A stretch of DNA of 64,000 nt from Candidatus Omnitrophota bacterium (GTDB lineage Bacteria; Omnitrophota; Gorgyraeia; Gygaellales; Profunditerraquicolaceae), in assembly GCA_028716965.1 (NCBI GenBank), contig JAQUOV010000006.1, forward strand, positions 23,282 through 87,281. The letters are read 5' to 3'. The position numbers and the translations under genes are program-made. The notes below the pieces were generated by a model, which was not told the DNA's origin, did no database searches, and saw only the letters and a list, made by a program, of their open reading frames with translations. Position 1 is the first letter of the stretch. The number at the start of each line of letters is the position of its first letter. Positions 29,428 to 39,532 of the stretch are shown here, piece by piece.

Positions 29428-29802
29428 CTAAACTACTTGTTCGCCTGTTTTCTCGGTTGCGGTAAGCTGGATGCTTAAGGTATGAATAAAAACAATAAGA
29501 AAAACCTTCCCTTTATTTACCGCCAAAAGGCCTCCTTTGATCTTACAGAAAAAGCGTTCACGTTTTTCCCTGGTATTTCTTTCTTTTAAAACATAGAGAT
29601 AAGGTGCGGGTTTTTCCGCTGCGGAATTCTCAATCTGTTTCACCATGCAGGCAAAATGCCGGCGGACAACGCTGTGCACGCCTTCCTTATCCGCTATCTC
29701 CGAACTGGCAATCACCCTGCGGCTTCTGTCCGGAGAAGTCATATTTTTGTAAAGTAAGTCTCTCATCTCTTCCTTAGAATTAGCTGGATTGCCAACCGGC
29801 AA
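29428..29802 (-). CDS. hypothetical protein (124 aa), monocistronic with its own terminator
   Basis: ORF with no recognisable domain. It is basic and flanked by a 140-bp upstream intergenic region and a strong intrinsic terminator. Confidence 0.35.
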   Translation of the reverse strand: MPVGNPANSKEEMRDLLYKNMTSPDRSRRVIASSEIADKEGVHSVVRRHFACMVKQIENSAAEKPAPYLYVLKERNTREKRERFFCKIKGGLLAVNKGKVFLIVFIHTLSIQLTATEKTGEQVV

Positions 29803-29941
29803 TCCAGCTGCCCTCTGTGGCTAGTGGGGCTTATTTGATTAAGCTGCTTTGTACAAAACAATTATGCAATTAAATAAAGCATATTTCAATAGTAAACGGG
29901 CTCAAAAAGAAAGCGTTTGCTTTAATATTATAGTCGGAAAG

Positions 29942-30580
29942 TTAATTCTTTGGTTTCTTAAAAGAGAGGCGCGGCTCCTTGCCCTGTGCTATTCTCAAGA
30001 GATTAGCCTTGTGCCTGATGAGTACAAAAACGCAGAGTATTAGGCTGGCAATAATCAGTATTAGGGGTTGCTTGAAGAAAAGGATAGAAACCGGAAGGGA
30101 TATTGCGGCAGCGATTGAAGACAAAGAAACTATCTTGGAGATTGCAAAAACAGTTACCCAGGTAAGCACTAATATTCCAATTACCATGCCTAATCCGGGT
30201 AATTTTAAAGCCAGCCCAAGCAAAACTCCAAATGAAGTTGCTATACCTTTTCCCCCTTTAAACTTGAGGAAAATAGTCCAATTATGTCCAGAGATGCAAC
30301 ATAGTCCCATAATAATGCGCAAGTTCTGCGCCTGCAAGATAGCAACCTTATCGGCAAAATAATCACCCAGCAAAACTACCGCTGCTAAACCTTTAAGAAT
30401 ATCTAATAATAGGACAGTAATACCCGTGCTCTTACCCAGTACGCGCAAAGCATTAGTTGCCCCGATATTGCCTGAGCCAACCTGACGGATATCGACTCCT
30501 TTGAACCTGCCAAAAAGATAAGCCGTAGGTATTGATCCTAATAAATAACTAGCTATTAACGCGGCGATTATCCAAAGCAT
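29942..30580 (-). CDS. plsY: glycerol-3-phosphate acyltransferase PlsY
   Basis: 212 aa. GSGNIGATNALR motif with about 5 TM helices. Confidence 0.85.
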   Translation of the reverse strand: MLWIIAALIASYLLGSIPTAYLFGRFKGVDIRQVGSGNIGATNALRVLGKSTGITVLLLDILKGLAAVVLLGDYFADKVAILQAQNLRIIMGLCCISGHNWTIFLKFKGGKGIATSFGVLLGLALKLPGLGMVIGILVLTWVTVFAISKIVSLSSIAAAISLPVSILFFKQPLILIIASLILCVFVLIRHKANLLRIAQGKEPRLSFKKPKN

Positions 30581-31142
30581 ATAAGATTTTAAACCCTCTC
30601 TTTACGTAGTCTATACCCGAAATAACCGTAAAAATCACCGCCACCCACCAGACAAAATCAGCCAATCTATATTGCAAAAGAACGCAAACAACTGAAAGCA
30701 TCTGGAATGTAGTAGTCAGCTTCCCCCATCTCGTAGGATGAACGTCTAAAGATTGCTTAACCATATAAATAACCAGCGCCCCTATAATGATAATTACATC
30801 CCGCGATATAACTATGAAACTTACCCAGAGCGGGAATTTAAGCCACAGCCTGCTGACAGGAGATAAAAATATAAAAGCGCTCATCAGCAAAAGCTTATCC
30901 CCCAGGGGATCCAAAATTAACCCCGCCTTTGACTGTAATTTTGCTTTTCTGGCGATAAAGCCGTCCAACCCGTCGGAAAGTACCCCTAAAATAAAAATAA
31001 TTAAGGCCAGCACTCTCAAGAAATCCTTTTCAGGGGTATAATACACCAGGCAGGCAATAAAAAACGGGACGCTTAAAATACGGAATGTCGAGATTTTATT
31101 CGCTATGTTCATTTGATTATTCTTATACGGCGTATCGGCCAA
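30549..31142 (-). CDS. pgsA: CDP-alcohol phosphatidyltransferase (CDP-diacylglycerol--glycerol-3-phosphate 3-phosphatidyltransferase-like)
   Basis: 197 aa. D-G-x2-A-R...G...D...D motif (SDGLDGFIARK ... GDKLL) and multiple TM helices. Confidence 0.75.
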   Translation of the reverse strand: MADTPYKNNQMNIANKISTFRILSVPFFIACLVYYTPEKDFLRVLALIIFILGVLSDGLDGFIARKAKLQSKAGLILDPLGDKLLLMSAFIFLSPVSRLWLKFPLWVSFIVISRDVIIIIGALVIYMVKQSLDVHPTRWGKLTTTFQMLSVVCVLLQYRLADFVWWVAVIFTVISGIDYVKRGFKILYALDNRRVNS

Positions 31143-31684
31143 TAAATGACCATTGCCTGGCCCAACAGGTTTTCCTTGGGCACAAACCCCCAGTAACGGC
31201 TGTCTTTGGAAGAAACGGAGTTATCTCCCAGGACAAAATAGGAATCTTCCGGCACAGTAATTTTCTGTCCTTCCGCAGCAAAATCCCCTCTATTATAATA
31301 ATAGGTTTGTTTAAAAATAGGCTCTCCCGCCGGTTTGTCGTCAACATAGATCGACCCGCCTTTTATCTCTATAGTTTCACCCGGCAGACCAACCAGTCTC
31401 TTGATAAAATCCTTGCTTTTATCTTCAGGATAGACAAAAACCACCACATCCCCTCTTTTCGGCTGCCTGAACGCCGGCAAATAAAAATTAATAAGCGGTA
31501 CTTTAGCGCCATAAATAAACTTATTCACCAGTATAAGGTCGCCCTCCTGCAAGGTCATGCGCATTGACCCTGTGGGAATCTTGAATGCCTGCACCACGAA
31601 GGTCCTAATAACCATAGCCAGCAGGAAAGCTATGACGATAGATTCGATCCAATCGCGTAACACAGATTTCTTTTTCAAACTCAT
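31109..31684 (-). CDS. lepB: signal peptidase I
   Basis: 191 aa with S26 boxes (GSMRMTLQEGD; GDNSVSSKDSRYWGFV). Confidence 0.85.
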   Translation of the reverse strand: MSLKKKSVLRDWIESIVIAFLLAMVIRTFVVQAFKIPTGSMRMTLQEGDLILVNKFIYGAKVPLINFYLPAFRQPKRGDVVVFVYPEDKSKDFIKRLVGLPGETIEIKGGSIYVDDKPAGEPIFKQTYYYNRGDFAAEGQKITVPEDSYFVLGDNSVSSKDSRYWGFVPKENLLGQAMVIYWPIRRIRIIK

Positions 31685-33480
31685 ATTTTCAATACCTCCA
31701 GAAATGCTTCTTGCGGAATCTCAACCTTGCCAAACTGTTTAAGCCGCTTCTTGCCTTTCTTCTGTATATCCCAGAGCTTGCGTTTACGGGTAATATCACC
31801 TCCGGAACATTTGCTCGTGGCATGTTTTCCAACCGGCCTTACTCTTTCAGAAGCCAGGATCTGGCTGCCTATAGCTGCCTGGATGACAACTTCAAATAAC
31901 TGCCGGGGGATCAGCTCTTTTAATTTACCGACCAAAAGATGCGCGCGCGAAGTAGCCTTTTCTTTAAACATTAACGAGGAAAAGGCATCGCAGATCTGGC
32001 CGTTTAATAATATATCAAGTTTTACCAGGTTTGTCGGAAGGTATTCTTTAAACTCGTAATCCATGGAGCCATAACCCCTGGTAACCGATTTGATGCGATC
32101 ATAGAAATCAACGATTATTTCAGAAAGAGGTATCTGAAAAATCACTTTTACCCGGTCCTCGCTCAGGTACTCATTTGAAACAAAAACTCCCCTGCGGGAT
32201 TTTGTAAAATCGCATACCGCTTCTATGGAATCTACCGGCACTATCATTAAAAGGCTTGCGTACGGCTCCTGCGCCTCCACGATATCCTGCGAGGCGCAAA
32301 GCTTAACCGGAGTGTCCACTTCAATAAGCTGGCCGTCCTTGGTTTTTATACGGTAAACCACGTTTGGCACAGTAAGGATGAGGTTTAAATTATACTCCCG
32401 CTCAAGCCGCTCCTGCACAATCTCCATATGCAAAAGGCCTAAGAAGCCGCAGCGGAAACCTGTCCCGAAAGACTGTGAACTCTCCGGCTCAAAAACAAAA
32501 GAAGCATCTGAAAGCTTTAACTTATCCATGGCATCGCGCAATTCCGGGAAATCCGCGGGGTTAACCGGATAAATCCCGCAAAAAACCAAAGGTTTAACCT
32601 TACGATAACCAGGCAAAGCTTGCGAACAGGGATTTTTAGGCTCGGTAATCGTATCCCCGATAACTACCTCCCTGGGATCGCGCAGATTGGCGGTAAAATA
32701 ACCAACCTCTCCGCAAGTCAAAGAATCCACGGCGCAATATTTCAAATCCTTAAAAACACCCAGTTCTTCAATCTTATAAGTTTTTCCCGTATGGAACATC
32801 TTTAAATTAGTTTTAGGAGTGATCAGGCCGTCAACAACCTTCACAAAAACAACCACCCCTTTAAAAGGATCAAAACGGCAATCAAAAATCAGTGCCTTAA
32901 GCGGTGCATTTATTTGTCCGCTGGGGCTGGGGATAGTCTCAACTATCCTATCCAGAACATCAATAACCCCGGTACCTTCTTTTGCCGAAGCCAGGATTAT
33001 CTCTTCATCCTTAAAACCCAGTACAGTCTCCACCTGAGACTTAACATGCGGGACATCCGCGGAGATTAGATCGATTTTGTTAATTACCGGAATAACCTGC
33101 AGGTTGCTCTCCAGTGCAAGGTAATAATTGCCGACTGTTTGCGCTTCTATGCCCTGTCCGGCGTCAATTACCAGTACCGCACCTTCACAGGCAGCCAGGG
33201 ATTTAGAAACTTCATAAGTAAAATCAACGTGGCCGGGAGTATCAATAAGGTTTAAGATATACTCCTTATTGAATTTCTTAGAGAAATAATTTAACCTGAC
33301 CATGGAAGCCTTGATCGTAATACCGCGCTCTTTCTCCAGCTCCATATCATCAAGCAGCTGGTCTCCTTTATGCCTTACGTCAACGGCGCCGGTTAACTCC
33401 AATATCCGGTCCGCCAGGGTAGATTTACCGTGATCAATATGGGCAATAATAGAAAAATTCCTAAGCAGCGAATTATCCAT
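31681..33480 (-). CDS. lepA: elongation factor 4 (LepA)
   Basis: 599 aa. N-terminal translational GTPase motifs (IIAHIDHGKSTLADR; DTPGHVDF) and the LepA-specific C-terminal domain. Confidence 0.95.
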   Translation of the reverse strand: MDNSLLRNFSIIAHIDHGKSTLADRILELTGAVDVRHKGDQLLDDMELEKERGITIKASMVRLNYFSKKFNKEYILNLIDTPGHVDFTYEVSKSLAACEGAVLVIDAGQGIEAQTVGNYYLALESNLQVIPVINKIDLISADVPHVKSQVETVLGFKDEEIILASAKEGTGVIDVLDRIVETIPSPSGQINAPLKALIFDCRFDPFKGVVVFVKVVDGLITPKTNLKMFHTGKTYKIEELGVFKDLKYCAVDSLTCGEVGYFTANLRDPREVVIGDTITEPKNPCSQALPGYRKVKPLVFCGIYPVNPADFPELRDAMDKLKLSDASFVFEPESSQSFGTGFRCGFLGLLHMEIVQERLEREYNLNLILTVPNVVYRIKTKDGQLIEVDTPVKLCASQDIVEAQEPYASLLMIVPVDSIEAVCDFTKSRRGVFVSNEYLSEDRVKVIFQIPLSEIIVDFYDRIKSVTRGYGSMDYEFKEYLPTNLVKLDILLNGQICDAFSSLMFKEKATSRAHLLVGKLKELIPRQLFEVVIQAAIGSQILASERVRPVGKHATSKCSGGDITRKRKLWDIQKKGKKRLKQFGKVEIPQEAFLEVLKI

Positions 33481-34134
33481 TTATTTACATAACTTAAGCA
33501 TCTTTTCAACAACCTGTTCTATGGAAAGTTCCGTGGTATCAATATATATGGCGTCTATAGCCTTACGCAGGGGAGAGACCTTCCGGCTTGAGTCAATCTT
33601 ATCGCGGTTAGAAAGGTCTTTGGCAACCTCATCCTCTGCGACATCCTGGTTTAACCCTTTTAATTCTTTGAACCTGCGGCTGGCGCGGACCTGCGCAGAA
33701 GCATCAATAAAGAATTTTTTCTGGGCATCGGGAAAAACTACCGTGCCGATATCCCTACCCTCTAAAACGCAGTCGCCTTTCTGCCCCATCTCCCTTTGCA
33801 TCTTAACCAATACCTGGCGCACCCCCTTGATCTTGGAGACATCGGAAACAAACCTTGTGATCCGCACCTGGCGTATATCGGAAGAAACATCCCTGTTATC
33901 AAGAAAAACGCTTAACGAGCCATCGGCATTGTTGCACAGGTCTATCCTGGAGTTTAAAGCCAGCTCGTAAACCTTATTCTCATCATGGATATCGGTATTA
34001 TTTTCCAGGGCCTTTAAAGTTATGGCCCTATACATTGCTCCTGTATCTATATAAAGAAAGCCCAGTTTTCTTGCCAATATTTTGGCTACCGTACTTTTAC
34101 CGGCCCCGGCTGGTCCGTCAATAGCAACAATCAT
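33481..34134 (-). CDS. cmk: cytidylate kinase
   Basis: 217 aa. IVAIDGPAGAGKSTVAK P-loop and the YIDTGAMYR motif. Confidence 0.9.
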   Translation of the reverse strand: MIVAIDGPAGAGKSTVAKILARKLGFLYIDTGAMYRAITLKALENNTDIHDENKVYELALNSRIDLCNNADGSLSVFLDNRDVSSDIRQVRITRFVSDVSKIKGVRQVLVKMQREMGQKGDCVLEGRDIGTVVFPDAQKKFFIDASAQVRASRRFKELKGLNQDVAEDEVAKDLSNRDKIDSSRKVSPLRKAIDAIYIDTTELSIEQVVEKMLKLCK

Positions 34135-34961
34135 CCTAATCTTTCTCTTTTTTTATTAGCTTCCACGAGGATATTAGACAAAAACATTTTATCATTTCTT
34201 TTTAAGGCAAGCTTTAAAACGGCAAGTTTTTCCTGGAAAGCTGAAATACAGGACAATAAGTTCCTGCGGTTACTTAAAAAAACCTCGCTCCAAAGATTGG
34301 GGTCTGCAGCTGAAATACGCGTAGTGTCTTTCAAGCCCCTTGAGCTTAAGCTTAAGAGTTCATCCGGGATACAACCCATTAAGGAAAAAGCAACAGCATG
34401 CGGCAGATGGCTGGTAAATGCTAAGATCTGATCATGCTCTTCAGGAGAAAGGATAACTACCCGGCTGCCCAATTTACGCCAGAGCAAAACAATCTTACTC
34501 AAAATCTTTTTATCGGTCTTAACAGTAGGAGTTATAATACAAATTGAGTCTTTAAAGATCTCCGGCTGCAGATTAACAGCCCCTCTCTTTTCCGAACCCG
34601 ACAAAGGATGGCACCCGATAAAATTAGGGATGGCCCGGCTGATAGCAGAGACGATCTTCCCCTTAGTACTGCCCACATCAATAACTACGCAGCCTTTCTT
34701 AATCCTCTTTGAAACCTTTAACGCAATATCAATGATAGAATTCACCGGCGTTGCCAATACGAGCAGATCCGCATCTTTTACCTCTCCCAAAGATTTACCT
34801 ACTCGGTCTATAGCCCCGCAACCCTTGGCTAATCTGGCATTCTTCCGGTGGCGGCTTAATCCGGTAACCTGAGAAACCAGGCGTTTTTTCTTCAAGGCAA
34901 AACCCAGGGAGCTGCCAATTAAACCGGTGCCGATAATTACCGTCTTATTAAACAAACTCAT
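34131..34961 (-). CDS. tyrA: prephenate/arogenate dehydrogenase
   Basis: 276 aa with an N-terminal Rossmann motif (VIIGTGLIGSSLG). It sits in a cluster with DAHP synthase, aminotransferase and pheA. Confidence 0.8.
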   Translation of the reverse strand: MSLFNKTVIIGTGLIGSSLGFALKKKRLVSQVTGLSRHRKNARLAKGCGAIDRVGKSLGEVKDADLLVLATPVNSIIDIALKVSKRIKKGCVVIDVGSTKGKIVSAISRAIPNFIGCHPLSGSEKRGAVNLQPEIFKDSICIITPTVKTDKKILSKIVLLWRKLGSRVVILSPEEHDQILAFTSHLPHAVAFSLMGCIPDELLSLSSRGLKDTTRISAADPNLWSEVFLSNRRNLLSCISAFQEKLAVLKLALKRNDKMFLSNILVEANKKRERLG

Positions 34962-35977
34962 AAGATCCTTCTCTCTACGGAATCCGCAATCCCCCTAAGC
35001 TGGCTCATAAGGCTGGAGAATTTATCCGGCATAAGCGACTGCTCACCGTCGGAAACAGCCTCTTCGGGACGGTCATGTACTTCAATGATCAGGCCGTCAC
35101 AACCGGCGGCAACTGCCGCCTTGGCCAAGGCCGGCACCAACCCCCATTTTCCCGCAGCATGCGAAGGGTCAATAATAATCGGAAGGTGCGATAGCTGTTT
35201 GGTAACCGGTATCGCGCTTATATCCAATGTATTGCGCGTGGAATCTTCAAAAGTACGTATACCCCGTTCGCAAAGGATCACCGAGAAGTTGCCTCCGCTT
35301 AATATATATTCGGCAGACATAAGCATATCTTTTACGGTAGAAGCCATACCGCGCTTTAAAAGTACAGGCTTCTTGGTAGCCCCTACCTCTTTTAACAGAT
35401 TAAAGTTCTGCATATTCCGGCAGCCGATCTGAAGGATATCCACGTAACCGGCGACCATCTCTACATCCCGGGAATCCATCACTTCGCTTACCGTAACCAA
35501 CCCCAGTTCATCACCCACCTGTTTAAGCATCTCCAAGCCTGCCTTGCCTAATCCCTGAAAGCTATAAGGAGATGTCCTGGGTTTAAAAGCCCCCCCGCGC
35601 AGCACGGTTGCTCCGGCTTTCTTTATTTGCCTGCCGATTTCAAACAACCGGTCAATATTCTCTATCGAACAAGGACCTGCCATAACCACCAGTTCCCTGC
35701 CTCCGATCTTTACCCCTTTTCCCAATTCAATTACCGAATCTTCTTTTTTAAATTCGCGGGAAACCAGGCGGTAAGGAGAAAGTACGGGGATAACCTTTTC
35801 AACTCCCGGGAAAACTTCAAGCGGAGTAACCCGCAAAATATCTTCCGGGCCGATGACCCCGATAATCGTCCTCTCCGCACCTTTAGAAACATGAGGAGTC
35901 AAACCCAAAGTTTTTACTTTGTCAATAATATGGCTGACCTCTGCCTCGGTTGCTTCCGGCCTTAAGACAATAATCAT
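34958..35977 (-). CDS. aroF: 3-deoxy-7-phosphoheptulonate (DAHP) synthase, type I-beta with an N-terminal ferredoxin-like regulatory domain
   Basis: 339 aa. An N-terminal domain of about 70 aa is followed by a KDO8P/DAHP synthase barrel (GPCSIE, KPRTSPYSFQGLG, DPSHAAG motifs). The architecture resembles Thermotoga-type DAH7PS. Confidence 0.85.
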   Translation of the reverse strand: MIIVLRPEATEAEVSHIIDKVKTLGLTPHVSKGAERTIIGVIGPEDILRVTPLEVFPGVEKVIPVLSPYRLVSREFKKEDSVIELGKGVKIGGRELVVMAGPCSIENIDRLFEIGRQIKKAGATVLRGGAFKPRTSPYSFQGLGKAGLEMLKQVGDELGLVTVSEVMDSRDVEMVAGYVDILQIGCRNMQNFNLLKEVGATKKPVLLKRGMASTVKDMLMSAEYILSGGNFSVILCERGIRTFEDSTRNTLDISAIPVTKQLSHLPIIIDPSHAAGKWGLVPALAKAAVAAGCDGLIIEVHDRPEEAVSDGEQSLMPDKFSSLMSQLRGIADSVERRIL

Positions 35978-37125
35978 CAGTTCTTCTCCTTAAGTATTTT
36001 TCTTAACACGCGGATAAATCTCTCATTCTCTTTCTGAGTGCCGATAGTCACGCGGATAAAATCTTTTAAGCCGTATTGTTTCATCTGGCGCACGATCACT
36101 CCGAATTTAAGCATCGCCTTAAAAATCTCAAGCCCGTCTTTACCCGTATCAACCAGGACAAAATTTGCCGCTGAAGGCAGAAAACCCAGGCCCATCCTGG
36201 AAAGTTCCTGGTAAATAAAATCCTTTCCTTTTAAAACCAGCCGGCGCGTATTTTTGATGAAATCTTTGTCATCTAAAGCAGCTATGCCTCCTGCCTGGGC
36301 CAGCATGTTAACATTAAAAGGCTGCCTGACCCTCTCCATATAAGAAACCAGCTCGCGCTCAGCCATGGCGTATCCTAAGCGCAGCCCAGCCAAACCGTAA
36401 GACTTGGAAAAAGTCTTAAGTATAATAATCTTCTTTTTCCTTCTAAGGTAAGCTAAAGAATCGGGATAATCATCAACGTCAATAAAAGCATCATATGCCT
36501 CGTCGAAAACAACCAGTATTGAATCCGGTAAAGCCCCCAGAAAATCCGCTACCTCATATTTAGTTACATAGGTTCCCGTAGGATTATTGGGGTTGGCGAT
36601 AAAAACAAGCTTGGTCTTCTTATCCACCAGCTTAAGCATAGCAGCCAGGTCGTATTTGAAATAACGCAGGGGCGCCTTCTTGATCTTACGGTCATTGACC
36701 TGCGCAATAATCTCATATTCCAGGAATGTAGTATCTGAAGTAACGATATTCTCATCCGGTTCAACAAAGGTCTTGATAATTATATCGATAAGCTCATCAG
36801 AGCCATTGCCAAGAATGAAATTTTCCGGATCAAGAGAAAGATGCCGGGCAAGGCGCCTCTTAAGATAAAACCCCTGTGAATCCGGATAACGGTTGATGCC
36901 GGATAAACATTTTTTAATTGCGCTGACTGCTTTAGGACTCGGGCCTAACGGGTTCTCGTTGGAGGCCAGCTTAATTACCTCGCGCAGCCCCAGCTGCCTC
37001 TTAGTTTCCTCTATAGGCTTTCCGGAAACATAAGCCTTTACATTTAGAATATTGCTACGCACTAACTCTTTCACTATTATTATTCTCCTATGGGATAAGA
37101 ACCCAATATTTTCAAATACGTGCAC
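35977..37125 (-). CDS. hisC: histidinol-phosphate / aromatic aminotransferase (class II PLP enzyme)
   Basis: 382 aa with LASNENPLGPSP and the KTFSKSYGLAGLRLGY PLP-lysine region. Its position in the aromatic cluster suggests a role in Phe/Tyr synthesis as well. Confidence 0.75.
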   Translation of the reverse strand: MHVFENIGFLSHRRIIIVKELVRSNILNVKAYVSGKPIEETKRQLGLREVIKLASNENPLGPSPKAVSAIKKCLSGINRYPDSQGFYLKRRLARHLSLDPENFILGNGSDELIDIIIKTFVEPDENIVTSDTTFLEYEIIAQVNDRKIKKAPLRYFKYDLAAMLKLVDKKTKLVFIANPNNPTGTYVTKYEVADFLGALPDSILVVFDEAYDAFIDVDDYPDSLAYLRRKKKIIILKTFSKSYGLAGLRLGYAMAERELVSYMERVRQPFNVNMLAQAGGIAALDDKDFIKNTRRLVLKGKDFIYQELSRMGLGFLPSAANFVLVDTGKDGLEIFKAMLKFGVIVRQMKQYGLKDFIRVTIGTQKENERFIRVLRKILKEKN

Positions 37126-38141
37126 TTGTGCTCTAACTCGTTTAACGCCTTCTTTACTTTATCATCATCCTGATGACCCAAAATATCAACAAAGAAATAA
37201 TACTCCCAGGCTTTTTTCTTTGACGGGCGGGATTCAATCTTGGTAAGGTTGACCCCGTACTTACGGAAAGGAAGCAGCATCTCATATAAGGCGCCTACGC
37301 GGTCTTTGATTGAAAAGAGCAACGATGTCTTATCATGGCCGGTGCGGGCTGCCACATTCTTTCCCACTACCAGAAAACGCGTGATATTCCGCAAAGAATC
37401 CTGGATCCCGGAAGCCAATACCTTTAAACCGTAAGTTTTAGAAGCCAAAAGCGAGGCTATGGCTGCGCTATTTTTATCCTTCTTTGCCAGCTCAGCCGCG
37501 CGGGTGGTACTGGAAACATCCGCTAATTCAGAATTAGGCAGATTCTTTTGCAGCCAGATGCGGCATTGGCCAAAAACCTGCGGGTTGGAATAAATCTTAC
37601 GAATCTTGTCCTTCGGGCAGTTTGCCAATAAATTATGCGATACATTCAAGATCACTTGTGAACAGATCTTCAGTTCGGAATCTACCAGCATATCCAAAGT
37701 ATGCGTTACTGCCCCTTCTATGGAATTTTCAACTGGTACTACTCCATAGTCGGCAGCACCCCTTTCTACCTCCAGGAATACATCAGGGATAGTAGCGCAG
37801 GCAATAAAGCTCATCTGCGAACCAAACCTTTTTAAAGCTGCCAGGTTACTGAAAGATGCCTGCGGTCCCATGTAAGCTATCCTTAAAAGTTTCTCTAAAG
37901 CAAGGCTTGCCGACATAATCTCGCGGTATATTGCCTCAATAGCGTCCTTTTTTAAAGGGCCTTTATTCAAATCGGCGACCTTATGCAGAACTTGCATCTC
38001 CCTTTCGGGAGAATAAATGCTTTTCCCGGTATTAATTTTTATCCTGCCGATTTCTTTGGTTATTTCAGCACGCAGGTTCAGTAAACTAATAAGCTTACGG
38101 TCCAAAAGGTCAATTTTCTTACGCATTTTATTCAAGGGCAT
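37080..38141 (-). CDS. pheA: bifunctional chorismate mutase / prephenate dehydratase
   Basis: An N-terminal CM_2 domain (KIDLLDRKLISLLNLRAEI) is followed by a PDT domain (IAYMGPQASFS) and a C-terminal ACT domain. The start is placed at the internal Met (MPLNK). The track ORF starts 15 codons further upstream. Confidence 0.85.
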   Translation of the reverse strand: MPLNKMRKKIDLLDRKLISLLNLRAEITKEIGRIKINTGKSIYSPEREMQVLHKVADLNKGPLKKDAIEAIYREIMSASLALEKLLRIAYMGPQASFSNLAALKRFGSQMSFIACATIPDVFLEVERGAADYGVVPVENSIEGAVTHTLDMLVDSELKICSQVILNVSHNLLANCPKDKIRKIYSNPQVFGQCRIWLQKNLPNSELADVSSTTRAAELAKKDKNSAAIASLLASKTYGLKVLASGIQDSLRNITRFLVVGKNVAARTGHDKTSLLFSIKDRVGALYEMLLPFRKYGVNLTKIESRPSKKKAWEYYFFVDILGHQDDDKVKKALNELEHKCTYLKILGSYPIGE

Positions 38142-38142
38142 C

Positions 38143-38820
38143 TTAAACCTCCTGATTAGTACTTTCACGGCCGGTAAGATTTCCATTTAGCCCGGATAAT
38201 GGCCGCTTGGGCATCCCCTCTTGAGGAACCCCGGGATTTAACCCAAGGGGCTCTGTTTCAGGTAATGATTCGATATTATTATCTTCCATCTCTTTTGCCA
38301 TAGCGGTAAAGTCATCCATTTTCGGAAGATCATCCAGGGATTTCAACCCGAAATGCTCTAAAAACTGACGGGTTGTCCCAAAGACAAACGGCCTGCCGGG
38401 GATCTTCTTCCTGCCGCATATGCGGATCAAATTCTTATCCAACAGGCTCTTCATAACCCCGTCAACATTTACATTCCTCAAAGATTCTATTTCGGACTTC
38501 GTAAGAGGCTGTTTATAGGCGATAATTGCCAGGCTCTCAAGGGCCGGCTTGGATAGCTTATCGCTAAAGCGGTATTTGAAAAGCTTTTTTAGAAATGGCG
38601 CAAACGCAGAGGAGGTAATCATCTGGAATCCCCCGGCAATCTCAACTACGCGTATGCCCCTGTTTTGCGCTTCATATTCAGCCCGTAAATCATCAATGCT
38701 TTTACGCACGCCTGCTGATTCCGAAATACCCAGGACCTTCTTTATCTGTTCCACGGTCACCGGCTTATCCGATGCAAAAATCAACGCTTCAATTACCGAC
38801 TTTAAGTTATTCTCTTCCAT
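38143..38820 (-). CDS. scpB: segregation and condensation protein B
   Basis: 225 aa. VIEALIFASDKPVTVEQI and the winged-helix repeats are typical of ScpB. Confidence 0.8.
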   Translation of the reverse strand: MEENNLKSVIEALIFASDKPVTVEQIKKVLGISESAGVRKSIDDLRAEYEAQNRGIRVVEIAGGFQMITSSAFAPFLKKLFKYRFSDKLSKPALESLAIIAYKQPLTKSEIESLRNVNVDGVMKSLLDKNLIRICGRKKIPGRPFVFGTTRQFLEHFGLKSLDDLPKMDDFTAMAKEMEDNNIESLPETEPLGLNPGVPQEGMPKRPLSGLNGNLTGRESTNQEV

Positions 38821-38908
38821 TTTAGTCAGGCCGCAGCTTATCTAACGATAACAAACATAAGCCAGATGGCCAAATTAATACTTTGCCAGCAAGGCAAAAT
38901 ATGCATCT

Positions 38909-39532
38909 TTATTTTAAACGTTTCTGCTTGTAAACCAGGTTTAATAATTCTTCAGTAGTCCCGGCCTGTGTATTTGATTCCGTGGCTTTCTTAATCATGC
39001 TTAAAGCTTCCGATCTCTTGTATCCCAGCTGCAGCAACACATCCAGGGCCTCTTCGGATATATCTTTTGACGAAACCTTAAGCTGCATATTACGGTCCTG
39101 AATTAAACCGAATTTACCAACCTTGTTTTGCAGCTTGGCCACAATCTCTTTTGCCCTTTGCTCTCCTATACCGGGAAGGGATTTAAGAAAGAATAGGTCT
39201 CCTTCATCAATTGCCCTGGCGATTAACGATATAGGTTTATTTAGCGCCTTTAATGCCGCGCGCGGGCCGATACCGGAAACAGTAATAAAGATCTCAAAAA
39301 AATCCTTCTCCACCTGGCTGAGGAACCCAATAAGCACAGGAACGCTCTTTGCTTGCTCAACCTGATAGTAGTGGTAGGTCAACAAGGTGATCCTGCCGTC
39401 TTCAGCGCAGGATTCATCAATGCGCTGCATGACACAGGCAGGGATAAAAACATCATAGCCTATACCGTCTAAATCCAGGACCAGACAATTTACCCCTTTT
39501 TCCGAAATCTTCCCCGTAATCCTAGAGATCAT
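38909..39532 (-). CDS. ruvA: Holliday junction branch migration complex subunit RuvA
   Basis: 207 aa. It starts MISRITGKISEKGVNCLVLDLDGIGYDV, with an HhH motif (LKSLPGIGEQRAKEI). Confidence 0.9.
   Translation of the reverse strand: MISRITGKISEKGVNCLVLDLDGIGYDVFIPACVMQRIDESCAEDGRITLLTYHYYQVEQAKSVPVLIGFLSQVEKDFFEIFITVSGIGPRAALKALNKPISLIARAIDEGDLFFLKSLPGIGEQRAKEIVAKLQNKVGKFGLIQDRNMQLKVSSKDISEEALDVLLQLGYKRSEALSMIKKATESNTQAGTTEELLNLVYKQKRLK

Noticed and set aside
22058-29802. Possible horizontally acquired island (GH94-like, spermidine synthase fusion, CcdA-like, radical SAM)
   Set aside because: There are no integrase, transposase, direct repeats or tRNA boundaries, and codon style is not visibly different. 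It was treated as ordinary chromosomal accessory metabolism.
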